Positions 1 through 7,544 of a DNA stretch of 35,429 nt are shown piece after piece. The position numbers were made by a program, and so were the translations under genes. The notes below the pieces were generated by a model. The model saw only the letters and a program-made list of their open reading frames with translations, made no database searches and had not been told where the DNA came from. The stretch is from a virus (Duplodnaviria; Caudoviricetes): positions 1-35,429 of the IMG/VR virus record IMGVR_UViG_3300037467_001510; one strand, written 5' to 3'. Numbering within the stretch: the first letter of the stretch is position 1; each line of letters begins with the position of its first letter.

Positions 1-138
1 GCGCGGCTGCCGCGCAGCCGCTACCGCTTACATCGAGCGCGGGCTTGAGGTCCGCTGCATCTTCCCCTCGCCAGAGTATCGCGATTGGAATGACGAGCTG
101 CGGAGGCGCGCTGCATGAGCGTGGCGCAGCGGATCGAA
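1..138. repeat. Terminal direct repeat (circular assembly overlap), copy 1
   Basis: Identical to 35291-35429 except one missing A (cgcgcagcc vs cgacgcagcc). Joining the ends fuses the primase 3' end to the helicase start through an ATGA overlap. Confidence 0.95.
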
Positions 139-1347
139 GAGGCAGCGCCGCTCCGGGCGGTCGAAACGCCCGCGCTGGTCATCGCGCCCACGGCCTACAC
201 ATGGCGCGACCCGGCGACCATCCCGAAGCGCGACTTCCTCTATGGCTACGAATTGCAGCGCAAGCATGTCAGCGCCGTGATCGCTCCCGGAGCGGCGGGC
301 AAGACGACCTACAAGGTTGGCCGCGCTCTGGCGCTGGCGACGGGCAAGCCGCTTCTCGGAAAGACCATCCATCACGGCCCGAAGCGGGTTTGGCTCTGGA
401 ACCATGAGGACAACTTGGAGGAGCAGACGCGCTCCATCCAAGCTGCCTGCCAGCACTTCGGCCTGACCGCCGAGGACTTGGGCGACCGCCTGTTCGTGGA
501 CAGCGCAATGGACGGGGCGATCATGAAGCTGGCCAAGGTTCACCCGCTGAGCGGAGTGACGGTGGACAGCGCGGTCATCGAGGAACTGACCCGCGCACTC
601 ATCGCGGCGAAGCTCGACTATCTGGACCTTGACCCGTTCGTTTCGCTTCACGGCGTTGACGAGAACGACAACATGGCAATCGACGCCATTGTGAAGGCGC
701 TCGGGCGCATCGCCACCGAGTCCAACGCCGCAATCTGTATCGCGCACCATGTTGCGAAGGCTCGGGCCGGGGAGGTTGACGCCAATTCGGCGCGCGGAGC
801 CGTCGCACTGACCGCCGCCTGCCGTTCGGTCCTGACCATGAACCGCATGGACAAGGAACAGGCCGAGGGCTGGAACATCCCCGGCGAAGAGCGGCGGCGC
901 TACTTCAGGGTTTACGACGACAAGAACAACCGCGCCCCGCCCGCAGACGACAGCGAGTGGTTCAAGATCGAGTCGGTCCAGCTCGCCAACGGCGACAACA
1001 TCGGCGTCGTCGTCCCGTGGAACGCGCCCGATGTGTTCGACGGAGTGACCACAGAGCATCTGGTCCGCGTTCAGGAAATGGTCGCTGTGAAGAGCAAAGA
1101 GGAAGGCGGCGTTCGCCACGACCTGCGGGCAACCCGTTGGGTCGGGAAGCTGATCATCGACGTGCTTGACGGCGACCGCAACAGCACAGCCGACAAGCAG
1201 CGCGCCAAGAAGATTTTCGCCTCATGGCTGGCCAACGGCGCGTTCGAGATTGCCGAGGCGAAGGACCACAAGGGCACCGAACGCGAGTTCGTCGTCGTCG
1301 GCAAGCGCGTCCAGCCCGGAACCTACACCGTGAGGCCGAGCAGCTGA
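115..1347 (+). CDS. RecA-family AAA replicative helicase (RepA/AAA_25-like)
   Basis: Walker A APGAAGKT, Walker B-like YLDLDP, IAHHVAK and ARGAVAL motifs; coupled to the primase across the circular junction. Confidence 0.85.
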   Translation: MSVAQRIEEAAPLRAVETPALVIAPTAYTWRDPATIPKRDFLYGYELQRKHVSAVIAPGAAGKTTYKVGRALALATGKPLLGKTIHHGPKRVWLWNHEDNLEEQTRSIQAACQHFGLTAEDLGDRLFVDSAMDGAIMKLAKVHPLSGVTVDSAVIEELTRALIAAKLDYLDLDPFVSLHGVDENDNMAIDAIVKALGRIATESNAAICIAHHVAKARAGEVDANSARGAVALTAACRSVLTMNRMDKEQAEGWNIPGEERRRYFRVYDDKNNRAPPADDSEWFKIESVQLANGDNIGVVVPWNAPDVFDGVTTEHLVRVQEMVAVKSKEEGGVRHDLRATRWVGKLIIDVLDGDRNSTADKQRAKKIFASWLANGAFEIAEAKDHKGTEREFVVVGKRVQPGTYTVRPSS

Positions 1348-1369
1348 ATCAATCAGGGCGGGGGAAGCC

Positions 1370-1564
1370 ATGAACGCACCAACGAACGGTTTCTACATTG
1401 TCCGGGATAGCATCCAGGGCGTTAGCTTGTGCGATCGCTTCGCGGACGCCTTGGCCGAAAGCGGCTGCATCGCAGCTGCCTCACTGGCGGCGGGAGTGCC
1501 GGTCGAGATCGGGGAACAGCTCTTCAGGTCAATTTGCAGGAAGCTCGGCCCACAGGCCGAGTAA
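1370..1564 (+). CDS. Hypothetical protein (64 aa), possibly a small HTH-like protein
   Basis: Purine-rich SD (GGGGGAAG) before ATG; same direction as the replication operon. Confidence 0.6.
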   Translation: MNAPTNGFYIVRDSIQGVSLCDRFADALAESGCIAAASLAAGVPVEIGEQLFRSICRKLGPQAE

Positions 1565-1585
1565 GCGGGCGGGGAGTAGGAACGA

Positions 1586-2359
1586 ATGGCAAGGCGCGGG
1601 CGGGGCCGAACGAAGATTGATCGGACCCTCGACAAAGGGACATTGCAGACCAGGGCGCACCACGCGCGCGGAGTCCTGAGCGTGTCGGACAGGGTGCGGC
1701 TGGAGATGCTGGTGAACACGCCGGCACAGAAGCTGCTGGAAGCTGGAAGCATCGAGCTTCCGAAGTCCAAGCGGCCATTGACCGAATCCGAGGAACGCGA
1801 GGCCATGTTCAAAGTGGTCCGCGAGGAATGCGAGACGCTGTTCAGCAAGGCGGCGCGAGCGCCCCATGCGAGGGAACGCCGCGATCCTATCGGGCGGGCA
1901 TGGTTCGAGGGAATGCTGGACGGCCACGGCGCTGACCCTGCCGTATTGCGCGAGCTTGGCAGGGAATACGGCGCGCTCTACTGGATGGACCTGCAATCGC
2001 TCGGAACCGCGCAATGCGGCTATGACGAGCGGATCGGTCGCCCCAACGTCCGCTACAAGTTCCGCATGGCCGAGCTGACCGGCAACGACGCCGCACGGTT
2101 CGCCCACTTCGACAACATCCTGACCAGCGCAGGTCACGCGGTCCGCAAGGCGGTTCAGGCCCTCTGCGTTGACGAGATTTGGTTCCTGGAGGGACCGCCG
2201 TGGCTGGACCGCTGCATCAACAGCCACCGGGCGGGGAAGATCGAGCGAGGCGAAGCGTCGGAGCCGCCATACGGCGAAGGCGCGAGACGGTCCGACATTG
2301 TGACCATTGCCTACGCAATCACTGGCCTGAAGGCGTTGGCCAACGGAGTGACGCGGTGA
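1586..2359 (+). CDS. DUF6456-like protein, candidate late-gene activator/antiterminator
   Basis: Pattern DPIGR..EG.L...GREY ... AG.AVRKAVQALCVDE ... GLKALA resembles the DUF6456 family as I recall it. Its position after the replication genes matches lambdoid Q. Confidence 0.5.
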   Translation: MARRGRGRTKIDRTLDKGTLQTRAHHARGVLSVSDRVRLEMLVNTPAQKLLEAGSIELPKSKRPLTESEEREAMFKVVREECETLFSKAARAPHARERRDPIGRAWFEGMLDGHGADPAVLRELGREYGALYWMDLQSLGTAQCGYDERIGRPNVRYKFRMAELTGNDAARFAHFDNILTSAGHAVRKAVQALCVDEIWFLEGPPWLDRCINSHRAGKIERGEASEPPYGEGARRSDIVTIAYAITGLKALANGVTR

Positions 2360-2454
2360 CTTGGCGGTTGATCGTCCACGCCCGGACGACGCGCTGGTAT
2401 GGCTGGCGCTTCCACGGCCTGTTCGTCGGCTGGCACCCGTGGCTCCGCCCGTGA
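2356..2454 (+). CDS. Small Trp-rich peptide (32 aa, MTWRLIVHARTTRWYGWRFHGLFVGWHPWLRP)
   Basis: GTGA overlap with the upstream stop, and its own TGA overlaps the next GTG (translational coupling at both ends). Confidence 0.4.
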   Translation: MTWRLIVHARTTRWYGWRFHGLFVGWHPWLRP

Positions 2455-2657
2455 CGGATGCGGCGCAGCTCCAGCTGGAGGTGGTGGCCGAGTGGCTTGA
2501 GGATCGAGCGCGGCTCCTGACCGGCTTTGACGACTTCGGCGCTCTTGAGCTGGCGATATGCGCGCAAGCCATGCGTGACCGCCAGCTGCTGCCCGGAGGC
2601 ATCATCGGCGGCTTTGGTCAGCCCTACCCCACGAACAACGGAGAACGCATCGGATGA
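2451..2657 (+). CDS. Hypothetical protein (68 aa)
   Basis: GTG start at 2451 in the frame of track ORF 2361..2657; ATGA-coupled to the next gene. Confidence 0.55.
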   Translation: MTDAAQLQLEVVAEWLEDRARLLTGFDDFGALELAICAQAMRDRQLLPGGIIGGFGQPYPTNNGERIG

Positions 2658-2887
2658 TCCACGACAAGGCTACATCGTTCGCCCTGGCGCAGGTGCGGTC
2701 CGCCTTCCCCGGCGCTGGCAAGGTGACCTGCAAGCAGATGGAGGGCGGCGGGCTGTTTATCACCGTTGGCTTCATGCGTGGCGGCGGGTTGATCCGCTAC
2801 GGCGCTTCGGCCCGTGGCGGGTTCACGGTTGCCGACGCAATCAGGAGCATTCGAGGCCGAGCGATAGGGGAAGGCATCGAGGTATGA
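2654..2887 (+). CDS. Hypothetical protein (77 aa)
   Basis: ATGA overlaps at both ends; GGAG upstream. Confidence 0.6.
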   Translation: MIHDKATSFALAQVRSAFPGAGKVTCKQMEGGGLFITVGFMRGGGLIRYGASARGGFTVADAIRSIRGRAIGEGIEV

Positions 2888-3168
2888 GCGAGCGGCAGGA
2901 GCGCTACACACTGGAGAGCGGACGCCGGTTGCGGAAGCTCCAGCAATGGCACCGGATCGAAGGCAGGCAGCTGCAAGAGCGGCTGCTGGCCGGTTACATG
3001 GATGACCTGGCGGAGAAGCATAGGGCTGCGGAGAACGACGACTACGAGCGAGGCGTCAGGGACGCGGTGCAGATCGTGCAGGAATGCTGGCAGCGAGGCG
3101 GCGCGTCCTACCTGTCCTACTGCGCGAGGGAGATACTGGCGCGGCTCCTGCCGGGAGCGAGGCCCTAG
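2884..3168 (+). CDS. Hypothetical protein (94 aa, MSERQERYTL...)
   Basis: 3' part of track ORF 2527..3168; GAGG SD and ATGA overlap at 2884. Confidence 0.6.
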   Translation: MSERQERYTLESGRRLRKLQQWHRIEGRQLQERLLAGYMDDLAEKHRAAENDDYERGVRDAVQIVQECWQRGGASYLSYCAREILARLLPGARP

Positions 3169-3830
3169 AGGCTGGCGAGCAGCCGACCGACCGAACCTGA
3201 CCGCCACTCGGAACCGCGAACGGTCCGAATGCCCTTCCCGTTGAGATAGGCTGCAATCGCCCTGGTGGACGAGTGACCGGCAGCCCGCGCAGCTTCGATA
3301 TGAGGCCGCACAAGCTCGGCGCGGCGCTTGGCCGCGTCAGAGCGCCGCTGAGCGCTGTGGCGCGTCCCTGCGGCCCTGACAGCGCCGAGGTTGCCCCTGT
3401 CGCCGCCGAGGACCGTTCCACGCGCCTTGGCGGCAGCGAGGGCGGCTTTGGTCCGTGCGCCTATCTGTTCGCGCTCCCATTCGGCCAGCATCGCCATGAC
3501 GCCGATTGTGAGGCGATCCGCTTGCGGCATATCCGCGAACAGGATCGGCACCTTCGACTTGTCCCGCAGCGTCAGCAGGAACGCGGCGTTGCGGCTAAGC
3601 CTGTCGAGCTTGGCGACCACCAGCGTTGCGCCGGTCAGCTCCGCGAGGTCGAGCGCTTTCCGCAGCTCGGGACGATCCGACAGCTTGCCGGACTCGACTT
3701 CGGTGAACTCGTGATCGGGAGCCTTCCCGATATGCGCGATGACCGCAGCCCGTTGAGCTTCGAGGCCGAGGCCCGATTGCCCCTGCCGTTTGGTCGAGAC
3801 GCGATAGTAAGCGATGAACCCGGTTGCCAT
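3165..3830 (-). CDS. Serine recombinase (resolvase catalytic domain plus short C-terminal DNA-binding domain)
   Basis: YYRVST catalytic Ser, ESG..SDRPEL, VAKLDRLSR, AEWEREQIGART; C-terminal STRAIAAYLN...GSEW. Start taken at MATGF after GGAGG. Confidence 0.92.
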   Translation of the reverse strand: MATGFIAYYRVSTKRQGQSGLGLEAQRAAVIAHIGKAPDHEFTEVESGKLSDRPELRKALDLAELTGATLVVAKLDRLSRNAAFLLTLRDKSKVPILFADMPQADRLTIGVMAMLAEWEREQIGARTKAALAAAKARGTVLGGDRGNLGAVRAAGTRHSAQRRSDAAKRRAELVRPHIEAARAAGHSSTRAIAAYLNGKGIRTVRGSEWRSGSVGRLLASL

Positions 3831-3849
3831 TGTCCGATCCTCCAGCAGC

Positions 3850-3876
3850 ATCAAAGTTCGGGTCGGGAACTTTGAT
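3850..3876. promoter_or_regulatory. Perfect 10-bp inverted repeat ATCAAAGTTC-N7-GAACTTTGAT, candidate recombinase site
   Basis: Seen directly, 20 nt upstream of the recombinase start; a second inverted repeat TGCAAC-N4-GTTGCA lies at 3918-3933. Confidence 0.5.
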
Positions 3877-3950
3877 CAGGACTGCCGAGGTCGCATATAG
3901 TGCCTTGCCCCGTATGGTGCAACGACAGTTGCAGCAAATGAGACGCTATC

Positions 3951-4102
3951 AACTGGGGGAAAATCGGGACCGAGGATCGACAGCCGTTTGCCCTCACTAG
4001 TGTCCCCACTCCTCAGTTCCAGTCCTAAAGGACTGTGGAACTGGGGAGAGTGTGGTCCACGGTTTCCACAGTCCAACTGGGGAGAACTGGGGAAACTGGG
4101 GA
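3951..4102. repeat. AACTGGGG(A) iteron-like repeats plus cruciform, putative replication origin
   Basis: Copies at 3951, 4039, 4075, 4085 and 4094; interrupted inverted repeat at 4007-4052 centred on CAGTCC-TAAA-GGACTG. Confidence 0.55.
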
Positions 4103-4226
4103 AATTGACCGTCCAGAGCCGCTGTCGCTGCGCGGCTTGGGCCGCTCCGCGCGCGCGAAGGGCTGCAACTAATGGGCATATTTTCGACCAATTCCCCGTT
4201 CCCCCCGATTCTGCTATGCGACCCGC

Positions 4227-4619
4227 ATGAAGCCAGTGCTCGCAATCGGCTCCGCGCTCCTGGTGATCGTCGCAGGATCGGCCCTCGCCAAGTATGGCAC
4301 CTTTGACGGCCAGCCTGAACCCTTCGGCTATAGCGATCCACAGCAGCCCGACGCATCGAGCGTGAACCGCGACCTGTTCCAGACCGACGCCGACACCAGC
4401 GGCATCAAGGGAGGCATGACCTACGCCGCCTATGACAAGCTGCGCGACGGGGATTGGATTGACGACTTCCACGGATTCGGCTGCGAGCATAATTGCCACG
4501 GTCAGGAGGCCGGTTACGCATGGGCCGAGCAGCACGGCATTGGCGACCCGTCAGACTGTGACGGCGATAGCTGGCCCTTCGAGGAAGGCTGTGCCGCTTA
4601 CGCGACCGAGAAGGCTTAG
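4227..4619 (+). CDS. Secreted/periplasmic Cys-containing protein (moron-like)
   Basis: Signal peptide MKPVLAIGSALLVIVAGSALA; C-terminal C-x3-C-HGQEAGY.WAE..GI....C.G.S..FEEGC with four Cys. Confidence 0.7.
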   Translation: MKPVLAIGSALLVIVAGSALAKYGTFDGQPEPFGYSDPQQPDASSVNRDLFQTDADTSGIKGGMTYAAYDKLRDGDWIDDFHGFGCEHNCHGQEAGYAWAEQHGIGDPSDCDGDSWPFEEGCAAYATEKA

Positions 4620-4972
4620 GCGTCAACCAGATCGGCGGGAATGTATCCGCCAAGCCCGCGCTCGATCAGCGCTTGGCGATATTCGGGAATGACGCAGAGC
4701 GCTTCGTGGACCCGGCGCGGCTCCAGCCCCTCGAAGGTCACCAGCTCCTGAAACTTCTGGAACAGCATCAGCAGCCGTCCGAGGTCGTCTGCTTCGGTAA
4801 ACTCGGACAGGCAAGCGCCCCATGAAGAGCGGTAATTCCGGTCGTCGCGAGTGCCGTAGGCATCGCGCCCGTTCTCGTTCGGGTGGCCCATGACCAGCAG
4901 CGATGGAGCGTCCGGTTCGTCGCCGTCATAGTCCCAAATGACCTGAACATCGCGCAGCGGAATGTCGATCAT
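4616..4972 (-). CDS. Hypothetical protein (118 aa), coupled to the XRE regulator
   Basis: ATGA overlap with the XRE gene; protein-like composition. Confidence 0.7.
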   Translation of the reverse strand: MIDIPLRDVQVIWDYDGDEPDAPSLLVMGHPNENGRDAYGTRDDRNYRSSWGACLSEFTEADDLGRLLMLFQKFQELVTFEGLEPRRVHEALCVIPEYRQALIERGLGGYIPADLVDA

Positions 4973-5211
4973 GCCTCTTCCTTCGCCTTGAGCCTGACAC
5001 CCTCCCCGCCGTGATCGTCGGCAGCCGTGAACACCACACCAGCAGCTTCCAGAGCAGCCTGGAGCGCGGCAAGGTTGTTCGGCCTGGGATCGTGCCGGCC
5101 ACCCTCGAAGTTTTTGACCGTCGCAAGCGCTACGCGCGCCCGCTCGGCCAGCTCCTCCTGTTTGAGGCCGACCAGCGCCCGACCGGCGCGGCAGGTTTGA
5201 GGCGTCAGCAT
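4969..5211 (-). CDS. XRE-family HTH transcriptional regulator
   Basis: [32 protein letters not shown]...[12 protein letters not shown], typical of small alphaproteobacterial XRE proteins. Confidence 0.9.
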   Translation of the reverse strand: MLTPQTCRAGRALVGLKQEELAERARVALATVKNFEGGRHDPRPNNLAALQAALEAAGVVFTAADDHGGEGVRLKAKEEA

Positions 5212-5220
5212 AAGGCGGCG

Positions 5221-5292
5221 AGCTTACGCGCTTAGCCGCTAGGCGTCAATCTAGCCCTTAGGGTTGACTTAGCCTTGAGGGCTAACTACGGA
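5221..5292. promoter_or_regulatory. Divergent sigma70 promoters overlapped by three TAGCC-type palindromic operators
   Basis: Minus strand: TTGACG(5249-5244)-17-TAAGCT(5226-5221). Plus strand: TTGACT at 5264. Perfect TTAGCC-N5-GGCTAA at 5269-5285, degenerate copies at about 5232 and 5252. Confidence 0.65.
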
Positions 5293-5378
5293 GAGAGTGT
5301 CTGCTAATCGGCAGACGACGCGGAGGGCCGCGCCAACGGCACCCCCGCGCCTGACCATAGACCGAAAGGCAATTCGGT

Positions 5379-5573
5379 ATGGCTTCCCATAATATGGGGA
5401 CGGCCCCCCTTGTTTTAAAGGCCGGTGACTTCCCAATCAGCCCCCGCGAAGCCGACAAAGCGCTCGCGCGGCTCCTACTCCAAAACCTCCTAGACAGCCC
5501 GTTGGCGGTCCCGCCTGCGGACCGTCCGCGCCTCCTGAAAATGTTCGGGCGCTTGTGCGGGGAGGCGTTCTAA
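5379..5573 (+). CDS. Hypothetical protein (64 aa)
   Basis: First ORF of the divergent operon; TAATG overlap with the next gene. Confidence 0.55.
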   Translation: MASHNMGTAPLVLKAGDFPISPREADKALARLLLQNLLDSPLAVPPADRPRLLKMFGRLCGEAF

Positions 5574-6052
5574 TGGCCGCGCCCCTCACCCCCAACGAAG
5601 AAAGCTGTTTCCAGCTTTGGCTGGAACGGTCCATCGCGGCGCTTGGCGGACTTGCCCCGACGCCCGACCGCGACCGCGCAATCGCGGCGCTCCAGACGCA
5701 GCTGGAGAACCGCAAACGGCAGTCGCAATCCAACCTCATCGCTTTCCCCGAACGCAACAAGGGCCGCAAGCGCCGCTGTCGCGGGATGGAGGCGGCGGGC
5801 GATCTAAGCCTCCTGTTGCTCGACAGGGACGGCGAGCCAGCGCCGGAGAATGTGGAGCGCATCGTCGAGCCGGAAGGCGTGACAACGCCACCGCCAAGCG
5901 CCGCGCTCCTACTCGGCATCGTCGTTTTGAGCGTCCTGACCGACAAGCAGAAGCAAGCGGTCAGGTCAGCGGTCCGCGTCATGGCGCTAGGCGACAAAAA
6001 CCCCCTCCCCGAGGCAACCCAACTCCACAACCTCTTGAGCGGGAGGCGCTGA
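5573..6052 (+). CDS. Hypothetical protein (159 aa)
   Basis: ATG at 5573 after GGGGAGG SD; N-terminus similar to 6527..6739. Confidence 0.6.
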   Translation: MAAPLTPNEESCFQLWLERSIAALGGLAPTPDRDRAIAALQTQLENRKRQSQSNLIAFPERNKGRKRRCRGMEAAGDLSLLLLDRDGEPAPENVERIVEPEGVTTPPPSAALLLGIVVLSVLTDKQKQAVRSAVRVMALGDKNPLPEATQLHNLLSGRR

Positions 6053-6053
6053 A

Positions 6054-6530
6054 ATGGCTTCCCACGCTCCAGATCGGCGCAGGGCGAAGGCCCTGCCCCT
6101 TTCCGCCGTTCTCGCGTCAATCCCCTCCTACCCGCGCCCGGTGATCGAGCGGCTTGTGGCCCGCCTGATCGACCATCTGGACAAGCATGACGGCGACCCG
6201 GACGCGGAATACGACCCCTACAACGAAGGCGAGCCAGCCTTTGACGCGGAGTCGCGCGCCTTGGTGGGCCGCTACTACTACCAAGACCCGGACCACGACG
6301 CGGAGCCGTCCGCATGGCTTGAGCGAGCGGACCAATCGAAACCCGCCTACCCCAAGGCATCTGGCCACTTCCAGACGAACGAGGACGCCGAGGACGACGA
6401 CCCCGCCGAGGATGAACACGACGCGGAGCCGGACGACGCAGACGGCATTGGCGAGTATCGCACCGACCAGCGCGTTGCGTTCCACACCAGCGGAGCGCCG
6501 TGGGACATTGACGCGGACCGCCAGCTGTGA
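6054..6530 (+). CDS. Acidic hypothetical protein (158 aa)
   Basis: GGGAGG SD; LIDHLDKHDGDPDAE motif followed by a D/E-rich tail. Confidence 0.7.
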   Translation: MASHAPDRRRAKALPLSAVLASIPSYPRPVIERLVARLIDHLDKHDGDPDAEYDPYNEGEPAFDAESRALVGRYYYQDPDHDAEPSAWLERADQSKPAYPKASGHFQTNEDAEDDDPAEDEHDAEPDDADGIGEYRTDQRVAFHTSGAPWDIDADRQL

Positions 6531-6739
6531 CGCGCCCGCCTTGTCGGCTGAACTCGGCGCAGCGCGCTTTCATGCGCGAATGGCTTGGCGGGTGCGTAGC
6601 CAAGCTGGAGCGGCAACCGCCGAGCGCGAGGCGCGACCAAGCCCTAGCCATGCTTCGGCTAGACCTGGAGCGCTACGCGCAGGAGGTCCCGCGACTGCGG
6701 GTTATAGAGGGAGGCCGTGAACGCCGCGACGGCGGCTAA
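6527..6739 (+). CDS. Hypothetical protein (70 aa)
   Basis: GTGA overlap with the upstream gene; ends before the hairpins at the convergent junction. Confidence 0.6.
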   Translation: MTRPPCRLNSAQRAFMREWLGGCVAKLERQPPSARRDQALAMLRLDLERYAQEVPRLRVIEGGRERRDGG

Positions 6740-6802
6740 GCTAGGCACGGCACCTAGCGGGACGAAGGGCGCTCCAGCCTAGCCGGTCGGGGCGCTCTTT
6801 TC
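6740..6802. terminator. Hairpins at the convergence of the accessory and late operons
   Basis: GCTAGG-N7-CCTAGC (6740-6758) and GAAGGGCGCTCC...GGGGCGCTCTTTTC (6764-6802). Confidence 0.5.
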
Positions 6803-7105
6803 GTCGGGCGGACCGGCGCAGATCGCAAGCGCCTCCGCTACAGCTGCGGCGCGGACGGCGCGCATAGCGCGACCCGCCAGCAGGAGCTTGACCTGTTCAA
6901 AGATGTTCGGAGCCTTCCGCAGCGCTTCATCCGTATCTGGATACGCGGGTTCCGGCCCGAGCTTTTCGAGCGCCGGACATGGCTCTGGAACAGGCACTTT
7001 GACCACCACCGTTTTGATGATTGGTTCAGAAGGCCGCACCTGATTCGATGCACAGGCGGCGGCGGCGAGGCAGAGCGCGGCGCAAAGGATTCGCCGGCCA
7101 CTCAT
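6779..7105 (-). CDS. Outer-membrane spanin lipoprotein (Rz1-like)
   Basis: Signal peptide with lipobox LAAAAC, Pro-rich mature region, follows the i-spanin. Confidence 0.75.
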   Translation of the reverse strand: MSGRRILCAALCLAAAACASNQVRPSEPIIKTVVVKVPVPEPCPALEKLGPEPAYPDTDEALRKAPNIFEQVKLLLAGRAMRAVRAAAVAEALAICAGPPDEKSAPTG

Positions 7106-7530
7106 TTCACAGTGTCCCTGATAAGGTGTTCGGCATCCGCGCAGCTGTTGCCGGTTCCCTTGAGCGCGAGGATGGACTGCGCCAGCTGGTCAGCCCGCGC
7201 AGCGCGCTTCTGATAGTCGTCAGCGAGATGCTGGAGCTGCGTTTCGCGCTCCGCGTCCTGCTTGTGCGCGGCGTCAACGGCATCGTTCTGCAGCCTGGTC
7301 GCATCCTCCAGCGTAATGCGATTGGCGCGGCACTGATTCAGGTCGGCTTCCTCAACGCCGAGGCGCGTCAGGAGGCCGGTTTTCGGATTGTTTATCTCGT
7401 CGTTCAGGTGCGAGATCGTGCGGCTTTTGCCGACGCTCCCGAGGCCGACATATATCAGCGCACCGAGGAGCAGCACCGCAACGCCGCTGGCGATCGGTCC
7501 CGCCAGCGGCTTGAGCAGGAAAGCGAGCAT
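7102..7530 (-). CDS. Inner-membrane spanin (Rz-like)
   Basis: One N-terminal TM helix, a coiled-coil region and Cys residues; downstream of the endolysin. Confidence 0.75.
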   Translation of the reverse strand: MLAFLLKPLAGPIASGVAVLLLGALIYVGLGSVGKSRTISHLNDEINNPKTGLLTRLGVEEADLNQCRANRITLEDATRLQNDAVDAAHKQDAERETQLQHLADDYQKRAARADQLAQSILALKGTGNSCADAEHLIRDTVK

Positions 7531-7544
7531 TGGACGATCCCCGG

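Noticed and set aside
1-138. Terminal repeat as a biological direct terminal repeat
   Set aside because: It falls inside the primase/helicase junction and has an edge indel; an assembler overlap of a circular or permuted genome is more likely.
3951-4102. CRISPR mini-array
   Set aside because: Repeats are only 9 nt, irregularly spaced and without spacer-length unique sequences; no cas genes.
3876-4535. 219-aa minus-strand ORF across the iteron region
   Set aside because: Overlaps the secreted-protein gene antisense, and its translation simply mirrors the DNA repeats.
5437-6651. 404-aa minus-strand ORF, likewise 28..1119 and 1529..2605
   Set aside because: Arg/Pro/Gly-rich or motif-free shadow frames opposite coupled plus-strand genes that have SD sites.
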